A model generated the notes under the pieces. It did not search any database. It was not told the DNA's origin and saw nothing but the letters and a program-made list of their open reading frames with translations. Of a stretch of 64,000 bases of DNA, positions 48,231 through 59,242 are shown piece by piece (the stretch's first letter is position 1; each line of letters begins with the position of its first letter). The stretch comes from an uncultured Planctomycetota bacterium (GTDB lineage Bacteria; Planctomycetota; Phycisphaerae; Tepidisphaerales; Tepidisphaeraceae). The stretch lies in contig CAWJEN010000004.1 in NCBI GenBank assembly GCA_963841915.1, positions 86,529-150,528 on the forward strand. The letters run 5' to 3'. A program made the position numbers and the translations under genes.

Positions 48231-48475
48231 TGCCGCGACGAGCGGCGGGGTGCTCGTATGCTGCGGCCGCGAGCAACGACAAGAACCCGAACATCGACGG
48301 CCCGAGCCGCTTATTTCAAGCATTCCTCGTCGACTCCGACGGCGACGTGTACGGCAGCCGCGTCACGCTTCTGATTGGACGATGATTTCGAGCGCAGGTC
48401 ACGTAGCGGGGCGTCGAGGTGCTCATCGAGCAACTGCTTTGAGACATCTCGCAGACGCACCGACTGGTGGCGTGA
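48231..48475 (+). pseudogene. Degenerate duplicate of the ribF 3' end
   Basis: Translates as AAAASNDKNPNIDGPSRLFQAFLVDSDGDVYGSRVTLLIGR*FRAQVT*RGVEVLIEQLL*DI, colinear with RibF AAALSIGTNPTFAGEARTVEAFLIDFAGDLYGRRVTLRVERWLRGQVKYAGVDALVEQLHTDV. Confidence 0.85.
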
Positions 48476-48543
48476 AGCAATTGCGACGGTTGAACCTGTC
48501 TTCGCGTCTTTATAAATAGTCTCGTTTGCAATAGATTCAAGCG

Positions 48544-49875
48544 ATGTGGAACTTTGCTCAGCGTTGCTTTGCCATCGTGCTTTTGGGACTCATGCAGCTC
48601 CCCGGGTCGGCTGCGAAATCAACAACGCAGCCGAGCGATTTGACTCTTGCTAGCAAAATTACGTTTGAAGCTGAAGGTGACGCAGAGAGCGTTGTCAGCA
48701 GCTTTGTGGACCACATCAACGCGCAGCGTTCGGCTGGCAGGCAGCCGGTCGAAGTTAACCCCACCGACATCAAGAATGTTGACGCCACGACAGGCCTGGT
48801 TTCGCTTGACCTCAGGGATGTGCCGTTCTTCAAGGCGCTTGATCTGGTCGGCGAGCAGACCGGCTACTGGCCTGATCGTCGTCGGGGAGAGAGCCTTCGT
48901 CTCGCCAATGACGCCGATCCGCCCGCGGGATTACTTGCAGACGGCACCGAGGAATTGCCGGTGCAGGTGCGGCTGACGGAGGTCGCGCGTTCCTCGGGCG
49001 TGCGCGGCACTTACCTGCGAGACGATGGCGGACCCGACCCGGCGGCGGTCCAAATTCAGAAACGCAGCAGCTCGCTCGGCATGATGTTCGACTTCTTCGT
49101 GGAGCCGAGGCTCGAGCTTGTCGGCAACTCGATCACCTTCGAAATCACCGAGGCGATCGACGATGGCGGGCAGTCGCTGCTTCGCAGCAGGACGAAGAAG
49201 GCGAACATCGTACGGGGCGATCACTTCCATTTCGACGCGTCGATGAACCTGGAGAATCCGCCGGAGGAGGCGCGGCGGGTGGCGGTGCTGCGTGGGCTGC
49301 TCGAGGCCGACGTGGTCGAGTCGGCCGAAGAGGCGACGCTGGAGCTCCTGGGACCGATGCGGACGTACGTGAGGCGGGTCGCCGCCGCCGAGTCGCAGGC
49401 GGCGGCGCAGGAGGTCGTGGTGCGTCCGGACAGGGGCGTCGACTTCGTCGGCGGCCGACTGGAGCTTGAAGCAATCAAGCCGTGGCCGACGCATCGCGTC
49501 GGCATCGTCGGCGAGCGGGAGCCGCTCAACGGCGTGATCGCAGGGCCATATGTGATCGAGTGGGTGCTGCTGTGTCTGGCATACGAGACGGATCGGCCGC
49601 TGGACGACCGGGCGTTTCGCCAGCTCATCGGCGGGCGGGAGCTGCGGCTCATCGGTGAGGGCGAGCACACCTTCCACTTTGGCGGGCTGAGGACGGAGGT
49701 CGATCGCGAGGGCGTCGAGGGCGTCTACCGCCATCGGGCGGAGGTCAAGATTTACAGCGGCGGGCGGGCGATGCTGCCGACCTCGTTGGCGCTGAGTGCT
49801 CCGGAGTCGACGATTCGATTGCGGGTGCCGTTTGAATTCCGCGATGTGCCGCTGCCGGCGACATCGTCGCGCTAA
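48544..49875 (+). CDS. Secreted hypothetical protein with STN-like N-terminal domain
   Basis: Signal peptide; VSLDLRDVPFFKALDLV pattern; long ORF. Confidence 0.65.
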   Translation: MWNFAQRCFAIVLLGLMQLPGSAAKSTTQPSDLTLASKITFEAEGDAESVVSSFVDHINAQRSAGRQPVEVNPTDIKNVDATTGLVSLDLRDVPFFKALDLVGEQTGYWPDRRRGESLRLANDADPPAGLLADGTEELPVQVRLTEVARSSGVRGTYLRDDGGPDPAAVQIQKRSSSLGMMFDFFVEPRLELVGNSITFEITEAIDDGGQSLLRSRTKKANIVRGDHFHFDASMNLENPPEEARRVAVLRGLLEADVVESAEEATLELLGPMRTYVRRVAAAESQAAAQEVVVRPDRGVDFVGGRLELEAIKPWPTHRVGIVGEREPLNGVIAGPYVIEWVLLCLAYETDRPLDDRAFRQLIGGRELRLIGEGEHTFHFGGLRTEVDREGVEGVYRHRAEVKIYSGGRAMLPTSLALSAPESTIRLRVPFEFRDVPLPATSSR

Positions 49876-50055
49876 CGCGGCGGCCGCGGCGTATTCGTGG
49901 CGCGAAAGCATATGCTGCATCGTTCAAAGCTTGAGGATGTGCTGCGGCGGACGCAAATTGTCCCACGTGCAACGTTCGGCTCGTGTCGGAGCTTCGAGAT
50001 CTCAACGGCGGCCGTGTTGCAACGCAGCGAGGTCGGCCGCGTCTACGGTGACGGC

Positions 50056-51610
<1,555 letters not shown>

Positions 51611-51634
51611 CGGCGTGTTCCTCGCAGACCTCGC

Positions 51635-52015
51635 TCAACCCTTGTTGACGATCGGCCCGATCAACGGCATCAGCCCATGTTCGCCGCCGACTGCCTTGAC
51701 GATGCCGATGATGGCAAGGGCCAGCACGCCCAGGCCGAAGAGCAACGTCACAAGGCCAAAGAGCATGGCCAAGGTTTCGCTGATCGACGCCAGGACAAGT
51801 TGGATGATGAACAGCACGACCCAGATGGCGAAGGCTGCCACTAACAGTCCGAGCCCCTGTCGCGCGTGCCATTGAACAAATGCGTCATCCTTCTTTGCAA
51901 AGAACGGGATCAGCGAGAAGATGCCAAGGTAGCTCAGCACGCACATGAGCGTGTCGGGCGCACTGTCTGTCGTCGTCGTGGGACTGGTCTCTGCGGCGGT
52001 GGTCGGCTCAGTCAT
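51635..52015 (-). CDS. DUF4870-like membrane protein
   Basis: LSYL...FVQWHARQ...GIVKA..G...MPLIG signature. Confidence 0.8.
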   Translation of the reverse strand: MTEPTTAAETSPTTTTDSAPDTLMCVLSYLGIFSLIPFFAKKDDAFVQWHARQGLGLLVAAFAIWVVLFIIQLVLASISETLAMLFGLVTLLFGLGVLALAIIGIVKAVGGEHGLMPLIGPIVNKG

Positions 52016-52126
52016 AGAAGTTTAAAAGTGGGCGGCTGACACAGGCGAAAGGACGACGCTGTCAACTTACAGCAAACGGCTTGGGCGAATCAATGGCATC
52101 TTCGACCGGTGATACGCTGGTGGTGC

Positions 52127-52978
52127 ATGTTGAGCTCGCTGCGCCTGTTCCTCCCGCTCGTCGCGATGCTCGGCCTCGCGTTGCCTTCGATGGCTCAAAT
52201 ACGAGATGAGGCGGCCTATTTCGTGCCGGGGCGGGCGTTTGCGCCATTGACCGCCGACCCGCGATGGCCGTCGTTCAACATCGGGTACAGCCGTGTCCTT
52301 GACGGCGACGGCATTGTCTTCGATCCCAACGAGTACGCGGACCTTTGGGTCGTCAGCGTCGGAGACACGATCGCCTTCTACCGCAGCAGGCAATGGGAGT
52401 TCGGAGCGCAGGCGGCGTTCTTCAGCACGTTTGATCTTGAGGCACCGAGTCAGCCTCTCATCAATACCGACTTTCAGGGTGGCGTTTATGCGGCCGTCCG
52501 ACGGGGCGACTGGTCGGGACTGACGCGGCTGTACCACCAGTCGAGCCACCTCGGCGATGAGTTGCTGCTGTTTGGCCCAAGCGTGACCCGCACCAACGCC
52601 AGCCACGATGCCGTCGAGTTGCTTATCAGCCGCGTTGTCAATGACGGCGACCTTCGCCTTTACGGCGGGGGCGGCGTCATCGTGAACCAAACCGGCCGCG
52701 ACGACTTCGGCGACTTCGTCTTGCAGTACGGCCTGGAGCTGACGCCGAGCCGGCTGCGCATGCAGGTGGGCAAGCTGACCGTGACGCCAACGGTCGCCCT
52801 TGATCTGCAACATCTCGACGGCCGCGACTTCGGGCTCGACTTGTCTGTAGTGGCCGGCCTGCGACTCAGCAATCGGGCGTCATTCGGCCTGACGTACTAC
52901 AACGGCCGCAACGTCAACGGACAGTTCTTCACAAGCGACCTCGAAACGCTGGGCATCAATCTCCGCGTAAGCTTGTAA
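52127..52978 (+). CDS. DUF1207 family protein (putative outer-membrane beta-barrel)
   Basis: F.PL.ADP.WP, LINTDF, RLYHQSSHLGDE, YYNG...GQF. Confidence 0.8.
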   Translation: MLSSLRLFLPLVAMLGLALPSMAQIRDEAAYFVPGRAFAPLTADPRWPSFNIGYSRVLDGDGIVFDPNEYADLWVVSVGDTIAFYRSRQWEFGAQAAFFSTFDLEAPSQPLINTDFQGGVYAAVRRGDWSGLTRLYHQSSHLGDELLLFGPSVTRTNASHDAVELLISRVVNDGDLRLYGGGGVIVNQTGRDDFGDFVLQYGLELTPSRLRMQVGKLTVTPTVALDLQHLDGRDFGLDLSVVAGLRLSNRASFGLTYYNGRNVNGQFFTSDLETLGINLRVSL

Positions 52979-53007
52979 CGGTTCGAGCGGTTCTTTATCG
53001 TCCGCGC

Positions 53008-53865
53008 GTGATTCGTCCGCTCGTGTTCGCCGTCCTCCTCGCCGCCGCCTTACCTGTGCGGGCACAGCTGGAGGTCGGCGTGGTGCCGAGCGGCGACGTG
53101 TTCGAACCGCTGTGGGCCGACCCGCTGTGGCCGATCGTGTCTGCCAGCTACCACCGGTACATCGACGATGACAATCTTGAGAACGTCGCCTCGCTGGCCC
53201 TTGGTGCGACGATCCCGGTGTACCGCTGGGAGAATCGACTGGGCCTCGATGGCGTCGAGTGGGGACTGCAGGCGGGCATATTCAGCGATTTCGACCAGGA
53301 TCGCACGAGTCGCGATCAGTTTTCCGCCGACTACGCCTTCAGCGGCTACGTGGCCGGCCGTCGCGGCGACGTCAGCGGAATGCTGCGGCTGTACCACCGC
53401 TCCAGCCACGTCGGTGACGAATATCTCACCAACGACAGCGGCGTCGTACGGGAAGACTTTGCCTTGGAACGCATTGACGTGATCGGCAGCTACGACGTCA
53501 TCGGGAACCCGTACGACCTCTCGGCCGGGCTCGTCCGCGTCTACGGAGGTGCGGGGCGCGTGCTCACGCGGCCCACGCCGCGGGAGTTTGGCTACCTGCG
53601 CACGCAGTGGGGCGGCGAGGTTCGAAGCAGCACGACCCTCGGCGACTTCCTCCGTCCAGTCGCCGCCGTTGACGTCACGCACCAGGAAGGTAACGACTTC
53701 AAGCCTGATCTCAGCGTCCGCGCCGGCCTGCAAATCGACCACCCGACCATCAACGGTCGGAACGTCCGCTTCCTCATCGAGTACTACAACGGCAAGGAGC
53801 CCAACGGACAGTTCTTCGAAGACGACGTGCAAATCGTCGGGACCGGCGTGTTCTTCAGCTTATAA
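53008..53865 (+). CDS. DUF1207 family protein, tandem paralogue
   Basis: FEPLWADP.WP, RLYHRSSHVGDE, EYYNGKEPNGQFF. Confidence 0.8.
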   Translation: MIRPLVFAVLLAAALPVRAQLEVGVVPSGDVFEPLWADPLWPIVSASYHRYIDDDNLENVASLALGATIPVYRWENRLGLDGVEWGLQAGIFSDFDQDRTSRDQFSADYAFSGYVAGRRGDVSGMLRLYHRSSHVGDEYLTNDSGVVREDFALERIDVIGSYDVIGNPYDLSAGLVRVYGGAGRVLTRPTPREFGYLRTQWGGEVRSSTTLGDFLRPVAAVDVTHQEGNDFKPDLSVRAGLQIDHPTINGRNVRFLIEYYNGKEPNGQFFEDDVQIVGTGVFFSL

Positions 53866-53955
53866 GTTGTTCGGCAACGAGGTCGCAGCCGTCATTTGCA
53901 TCACAATTACGTTGCCTGGCTGTGGTACTGACGCAGGACCGCTTCAGTCGCGGCA

Positions 53956-55432
53956 CTATCCCGCTGCGGCTGACAGTCGCAGGACGAGTGGCCGTGCTCG
54001 ATCAACATCGAGTGGAACCACCGACTCGATGGCTCCTGCCGCGGCATCGTACTGAAACGGAGCGGCGTCGTTTCGCGGATCCGTCGGAATTGCCGGAAGA
54101 TACGCCGGGACAAGCTCGCTCAGCGTCGTCGGCAAACGGCCCTCGTCGGAACGAAAGAGTGCGACAGCAATGGCGACTTCTGCCATACGCCGGTTGGCCT
54201 TTAAGTCAAAGGCCGCATCGAGCGACCGTTGGAGCGAAGTTAACATGAGTGCTGCGATAGTCAGCTTTCGGCTGCTCAACTCCTCCTCCGACTCGTCAAA
54301 CATGCCGACGCTCTTCGCGGCCTGGAGCGTCGGCTGGCCTGCCGCTGCGGAGAGCCGCTGCATGGCGTCTGCCATGTAGGCCGCACTAACCTGCGGACGG
54401 AGCATGGCCGCTGCGACGGGCGAGGCTTGCGCCGAAAGTAGCGGCCATCTGCTGCTGTGAGACGATTTCACCTGCCACTGCGCGTTGAAAACCTTCATCT
54501 GCAGCCCGTTCGTCTCCGATGCGATGCAGCAAATCCTTTAGCAACGCCCGAAGGTCCGGGTCCTGCCATGCCTGCGAGTCGGTGGCGACGAGCACTTCCG
54601 CCAACGCATCAATTGTGAGATTCATAACGCCCATTTGAGAGAGGCTGTCGACCAGCGTGAAGCCACTGGCAGCCTGCGCCTCGGCGAGCGACCAGTTGAC
54701 GTGCAGGTGACGCAACGCCGCCGCGGTGTCACCTTCAGCCGCGGCAAGCCACGCGGCCTGTGCCTGTAGACGGGCAAGATGCCGACTCTGATTCAAGTGC
54801 GGCAGGAGGACGTCAAACAACAAGGCCGAATCGGTCGGCAGCGGTCCGAAGTCGGCACGCACCGGCCACCGCGCGTCTGCCGCCGGGTCTGCGGCGGCAA
54901 GGGCGGCCTCGGCTTCGCCCACCGCGATTTGGATCATCACCCACTGCGCCTCGGGTGGAAACACATCAGGATTGTCGGTCGGAGACGAGAACAACGCTTG
55001 GAGTTCCGGCGTCATCTCAAGACCGTCAGCCTTCAACGCCTCGATGACGTTCTCGCCCTTGATTTGCGCAAGCTCTGCAGCGTTCGTCAGCAGTGCCTCG
55101 ACGGCTTCGCGTCGCACGTTGGCTGACAAGGCCAAGGCATCAAACGTCGGGTAAACCGACAGGCTGCTCGAGCCGCTGACGACGAGATCACCGTCGAGTT
55201 GCTCCATCTCAGCGAACGCCGCCTTGAACGGCAGTGCCGCGTTATCAATATCTGGCGGCAGGTCGAGCAAAGCCTCGAGATCCGCGGCTGTCGCCGGCCA
55301 TCCGGCGTTTCGTAGTGACGTCGCCGTCTCTTGCAGCGATGGCCCTGCGTTGAGCCAGCTGTAAGCCGCCAACGCCAACACGATCGGCGTCAAGATTACG
55401 AGTATCAATAGTGCTTTAACCTGCCAACGCAT
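53956..55432 (-). pseudogene. Membrane-anchored helical hypothetical protein split by a frameshift near 54430
   Basis: ORFs 54386-55432 and 53956-54498 overlap in different frames. The C-terminal part has the pseudopilin-like FRSDEGRLPTTLSELVPAYL..IPTDP motif. Confidence 0.6.
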
Positions 55433-55487
55433 CGCTCTTGAGTATCCGGATCTCGACAGGTTTGGCAACCTTCCCATTGAACGAAAG

Positions 55488-55522
55488 CGGCACGCCCCTC
55501 CGCGAACGGATGGGCGTGCCGG
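55488..55522 (-). terminator. Probable terminator after the PEP-CTERM gene
   Basis: CGGCACGCCC...GGGCGTGCCG inverted repeat followed by CTTTCGTT on the minus strand. Confidence 0.6.
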
Positions 55523-55542
55523 ATTGGTCAGACAGGTTCAAC

Positions 55543-56868
55543 TCAGCGGCGACGACGCAGCAGGACGCCGGCCGCGAGGGCGACGATGCTGGCGGTTGCC
55601 GGCTCGGGGACACTGACGGTCACAAGCGCCTGGCCGGAGGCGGCACCGGCACCGTTGTTGAGGCGGCCGGCGAAGACGAAGTCGCCCATGTCGCTCAAGG
55701 CGATGTCGTCGACGCTGAAGTCGCGGAGGACGAGGTCGTTGAGACCGACCGAGTCGCCTGCACGGATGAGCAGCGTCTCGCCGTTGTAGACGGCGACGTC
55801 TTCACCGGTGCTGCTGAGGCCGACGAGGACGTAGTTGCCGTTGGAGTCGACGGCGATGCCGTCGAAGTCGGCCCACGTCTCGCTGCTACCGGCAAAGAGG
55901 CTGTCGCCTTCGGTTGCAACGACGCCGCCATCGACGACGGCCCACTCGGTGCCGTCAACGTTGACGCCGCGGGCGTACCAGAGGCCTGCCTCGTTCATGC
56001 CGGCAAAGCCCGGTCCGCCGTCGGTGACGACGGAGTTGAAGCCGCTGTTGGGAAGCACCGCGCCGCCGACGATGACGGCGGTGCCGTTGACGATGGTGGT
56101 GTCGACGGTGCGATTCGTCGGGAAGCTGCGGGCCTGGGCGAGGTAGCTGGTGCCGTTGTTACCGAAGTACGAGGTCTCGAACTCGAAGATGGCCGTCTCG
56201 GCCGGTGCGCCGGGAGGCGTCACGCCGTCGGTCTCGAAGACGGTTGACTCGAACGCGACGACGTCGGTGTCGTCGGTCAGCGTGGTCTGTGCGCCGACCC
56301 CGCCCGTGGGGCTCAGGTAAGGCGAATTGATGCTCTGGACACCCACTGTGCCACCGGCGAAGGAGGAGCCCTCGGTCAGCACTTCGCTGATCGCGCCGGT
56401 TGCGGGGTTGAACGTAATGAGGCTGTCACCGGCATTGGTCGTCCCACCGGCGATGCGGGTGCTGGTGGTGAAGGCGGCGGTGCCGTCGTTGAGCAGGCTG
56501 ACGCGTTGGTCGAGCTCGTACGTGAGACGGCCGCTGGCGTCACCGGGAATGGCAGCGCCTTCGAGCAACGTCATGCCTGCCGACGGGTTGGCGATGGGGG
56601 CAACGACGAGCACATCGTCGAAGAACGTGCCGCTGGCTTCGAGGTCGCCGACGAAGCCGACGAGCGAGCCGTCGGGGCTGACGTAGGGCCGGTCGAAGGT
56701 GGTCTGGCCACTGGCAGAGTCGTTGAAGACTTCGCCACCGGTGGTGCCGGGGACGTTGCTCGTGGGCAGCCCGGCAGCGCCGGTGTAAAGAACGCGCACC
56801 TGGCCGAAGGCAGAGGTAGCGGAGAAAAGGGCGACGGCGGCGACGGCCGCGTGGATGGTGCTTTGCAT
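55543..56868 (-). CDS. PEP-CTERM protein with tandem beta-propeller-like repeats
   Basis: Signal peptide; LNDGTAAF and LSDMGDFVF type repeats; VPEPATASIVALAAGVLLRRRR. Confidence 0.9.
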   Translation of the reverse strand: MQSTIHAAVAAVALFSATSAFGQVRVLYTGAAGLPTSNVPGTTGGEVFNDSASGQTTFDRPYVSPDGSLVGFVGDLEASGTFFDDVLVVAPIANPSAGMTLLEGAAIPGDASGRLTYELDQRVSLLNDGTAAFTTSTRIAGGTTNAGDSLITFNPATGAISEVLTEGSSFAGGTVGVQSINSPYLSPTGGVGAQTTLTDDTDVVAFESTVFETDGVTPPGAPAETAIFEFETSYFGNNGTSYLAQARSFPTNRTVDTTIVNGTAVIVGGAVLPNSGFNSVVTDGGPGFAGMNEAGLWYARGVNVDGTEWAVVDGGVVATEGDSLFAGSSETWADFDGIAVDSNGNYVLVGLSSTGEDVAVYNGETLLIRAGDSVGLNDLVLRDFSVDDIALSDMGDFVFAGRLNNGAGAASGQALVTVSVPEPATASIVALAAGVLLRRRR

Positions 56869-56944
56869 GGGTGAGTCTCTCCCGAAAAGGGTCCGGTAAC
56901 GCTACCAGACTCATCCGCCGACGCAAGCCATTCTCGATGTGTCG

Positions 56945-57580
56945 TCACCCGGCACGTTCATAGGTGATCTCCATGACGCGGAATGGCTCGCCGTAAAGCA
57001 CCTCGTACATCGTCATGACGTGCTTGTCGGGCGACTCGATGATGATGGTCGTCTTGTAGCTTTTGCCCATCTCGCCGCTCATGGGCTCGTTCATGCTGCC
57101 GAAGTACGTGAGCGTGGTCCCGTCGAGCGAGATGGAGCCCTCCATCGTGCTGATACCGGTGGCCATGGAATCGACCCAGCTCGTAACGAATAGCTTTTTC
57201 GTATTGTCGTAGCCGCTGGTCGATCTGCCGCTGAAGGGTTGGCCCATCATGCTGCTTTCGAAGGTTTCCTCGATGAACTTGCCACCGAAGATGGCCTTGG
57301 CCGAGGCGGTCCCTTCGCTGACCATCGGCTCACCGGTCGGGTCCATGTAGAGCTTGGTCGTCGTCTTCCATTCACCGACGAACGCCTTCTGCAGGAACTC
57401 GTGCGGCAGGCCCATCTCGGTCGTCTTCATCCATCGCTGCATGGCCTCGGGTTCGGTCATGCTGCCGCGAAGGTTGTCGGCGATCTCCTTGCCCATGGCA
57501 GTGGCGTCCTGCTCTGGCTCGGCGCCCGTAAAAGACGCGGCCAACAACAGGGCGACAGTCGATATGGTGGTGCGGGTCAT
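56945..57580 (-). CDS. DUF1579 domain protein
   Basis: VGEW, GGKF, GYDN.KK.F..SWVDSM.TG, MEITYER. Confidence 0.85.
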   Translation of the reverse strand: MTRTTISTVALLLAASFTGAEPEQDATAMGKEIADNLRGSMTEPEAMQRWMKTTEMGLPHEFLQKAFVGEWKTTTKLYMDPTGEPMVSEGTASAKAIFGGKFIEETFESSMMGQPFSGRSTSGYDNTKKLFVTSWVDSMATGISTMEGSISLDGTTLTYFGSMNEPMSGEMGKSYKTTIIIESPDKHVMTMYEVLYGEPFRVMEITYERAG

Positions 57581-57618
57581 CCGCGCGAGTGTCGTGAAAT
57601 TGCCCCGCGATTGCAAGA

Positions 57619-57648
57619 GAAACCCGGCCACCGAAGCGGCCGGGTTCT
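57619..57648 (-). terminator. Intrinsic terminator after the L31 gene
   Basis: AACCCGGCC...GGCCGGGTT hairpin with a TTTCTCTT tail on the minus strand. Confidence 0.7.
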
Positions 57649-57671
57649 GGATGGTCTGGTGAGACGCAAAA

Positions 57672-57953
57672 CTACTCTGCGGCTTCGCCGGCGGGCTTCT
57701 TCTTGCCGAAGAGCTTGCCACCGAACTTCTTCTGGAAGCGGTCAACGCGGCCTGCGGTGTCGATGAACATCTGCTTGCCGGTGAAGAACGGGTGGCTGGC
57801 CGAGCTGATGTCGACCTTGACCAGCGGGTACTCCTTGCCCTCGTACTCGATCGTCTGCTTCGTGTCGACGCTCGAGCGGGTCAGGAACTTGAAGTCGGCA
57901 CCGTTGTCCATGAAGACGACGGGGCGGTAGACGGGGTGAGTGTTCTTCTTCAC
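57672..57953 (-). CDS. rpmE2: 50S ribosomal protein L31 type B (zinc-independent)
   Basis: [35 protein letters not shown]; contains no Cys. Confidence 0.93.
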   Translation of the reverse strand: MKKNTHPVYRPVVFMDNGADFKFLTRSSVDTKQTIEYEGKEYPLVKVDISSASHPFFTGKQMFIDTAGRVDRFQKKFGGKLFGKKKPAGEAAE

Positions 57954-58011
57954 GGTTTCGTGGGCAAGTGGGTTCGGCGGCGGAGATGCCTCCGGTTTCC
58001 GGGCCGGCACC

Positions 58012-59097
58012 TTAGGACTTCAGGCTCCGCTTGTCGATGCTCATCTCGATCATACGACCCAGGATCGGCCACCGCAGGCGGTGCGGGTGGCCGATCTCGC
58101 AGAAACTGTCGGGTGCCCCACGCCCGTCGATCGTCGCCTTGTACGTCGCCCGCAGGTAGAACGGGCTGGCGTCGATGATCGTCGGCTGCGTCAGGCTCAA
58201 GCTCCCGGCCGTTACTGTCGTCGGGTACGTCAGGCCAGTTCCCGTGCGACGTGACCAGTCGACTGCCACATCGTCGGCCGGGAGATCGGCAAAGCCGCTG
58301 TCGTCGACACGAAACAGGTGCTTTTCTGTCGGCAGCGTCTTGTCCCGTGGCTCGGCTACGTGAAAGGCCACCGTCGCGTCCCGAGTCAGCACTCGGCCCC
58401 ATACCCAGCGACGCAGCCCGTCGCCGAGCGGGCCGGTGCCGAAGTTGTGGTCGTGGTAGCCGCGACCGGTGAAGCTCGCTTGACCGATGGTGCCGCTGAC
58501 GTCGCACCGCGGGGCGGCAGGAATCCAGCCGTGGTGTTGGCCGGTCATCGTCCGCGACAGGAAGATGCGTTCTTCCGGGCGAGAGTCGCTCCGAGACGCG
58601 GGACAGAAGGTAAGGTCGCACGTCAGCGTCTCCTCCGCGAGCAGCTGCGGGCCTCGCGCGGTGAGGTGCCATGGCGTGCCGGTCATCTGCAGGCGAAGGC
58701 CTTCCTGCGTCGGCGTCAACGCGCAGTCGCCGACCCGGACGCGAGGCTTATCTGCAGAGGCCTCGAAAGCGTCAGCCCGCACCTGCGTCATGAACTGCCG
58801 ATGGATCTTGCCGTCGCGGTAGTGGCACAGGTAGGCGGCCGGGAAGTCGTTGCCGGTCGGCGGTTTGACCTTCGTCGGCCGCTTCAGGAACCGCTTGTGT
58901 GCCCGTAGATACCCGGCGTGGAAGACAAAGCCCTCGAAAAGGATCGCCACCATCCGATCACGTCCGTCGGCAGACTCGGCGTCGAAGTACCACCACTCGT
59001 ACCCGCCGGGTGCGGTGACGGCGTGGTGAGCGTCCGGGTGCGTCGGCCGCGTGAACATCGGCAGCGGGTCGGGCAACGTCACGTCAGGCGGAAGCAC
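58012..59097 (-). CDS. Carotenoid 1,2-hydratase (CrtC-like)
   Basis: [30 protein letters not shown] motifs. Confidence 0.7.
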   Translation of the reverse strand: MLPPDVTLPDPLPMFTRPTHPDAHHAVTAPGGYEWWYFDAESADGRDRMVAILFEGFVFHAGYLRAHKRFLKRPTKVKPPTGNDFPAAYLCHYRDGKIHRQFMTQVRADAFEASADKPRVRVGDCALTPTQEGLRLQMTGTPWHLTARGPQLLAEETLTCDLTFCPASRSDSRPEERIFLSRTMTGQHHGWIPAAPRCDVSGTIGQASFTGRGYHDHNFGTGPLGDGLRRWVWGRVLTRDATVAFHVAEPRDKTLPTEKHLFRVDDSGFADLPADDVAVDWSRRTGTGLTYPTTVTAGSLSLTQPTIIDASPFYLRATYKATIDGRGAPDSFCEIGHPHRLRWPILGRMIEMSIDKRSLKS

Positions 59098-59242
59098 GGG
59101 GCAGGGTAGATGCGTCGTGTGTAGAGAGGGCCACGAGCCGCCGACGCGTCTGCGGTTGCGCGTCGCAGGCTTGCACATTGGCGTCAGGTCCGCATCATGG
59201 GCGGTTCAGCCGCCGCAGCCGCCGTCTGCCACCCGTCGTCTC

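Noticed and set aside
49897..50055. N-terminal extension of FumC in the ORF track
   Set aside because: Homology starts at [12 protein letters not shown] (50056), which also has a -10 box 6 nt upstream.
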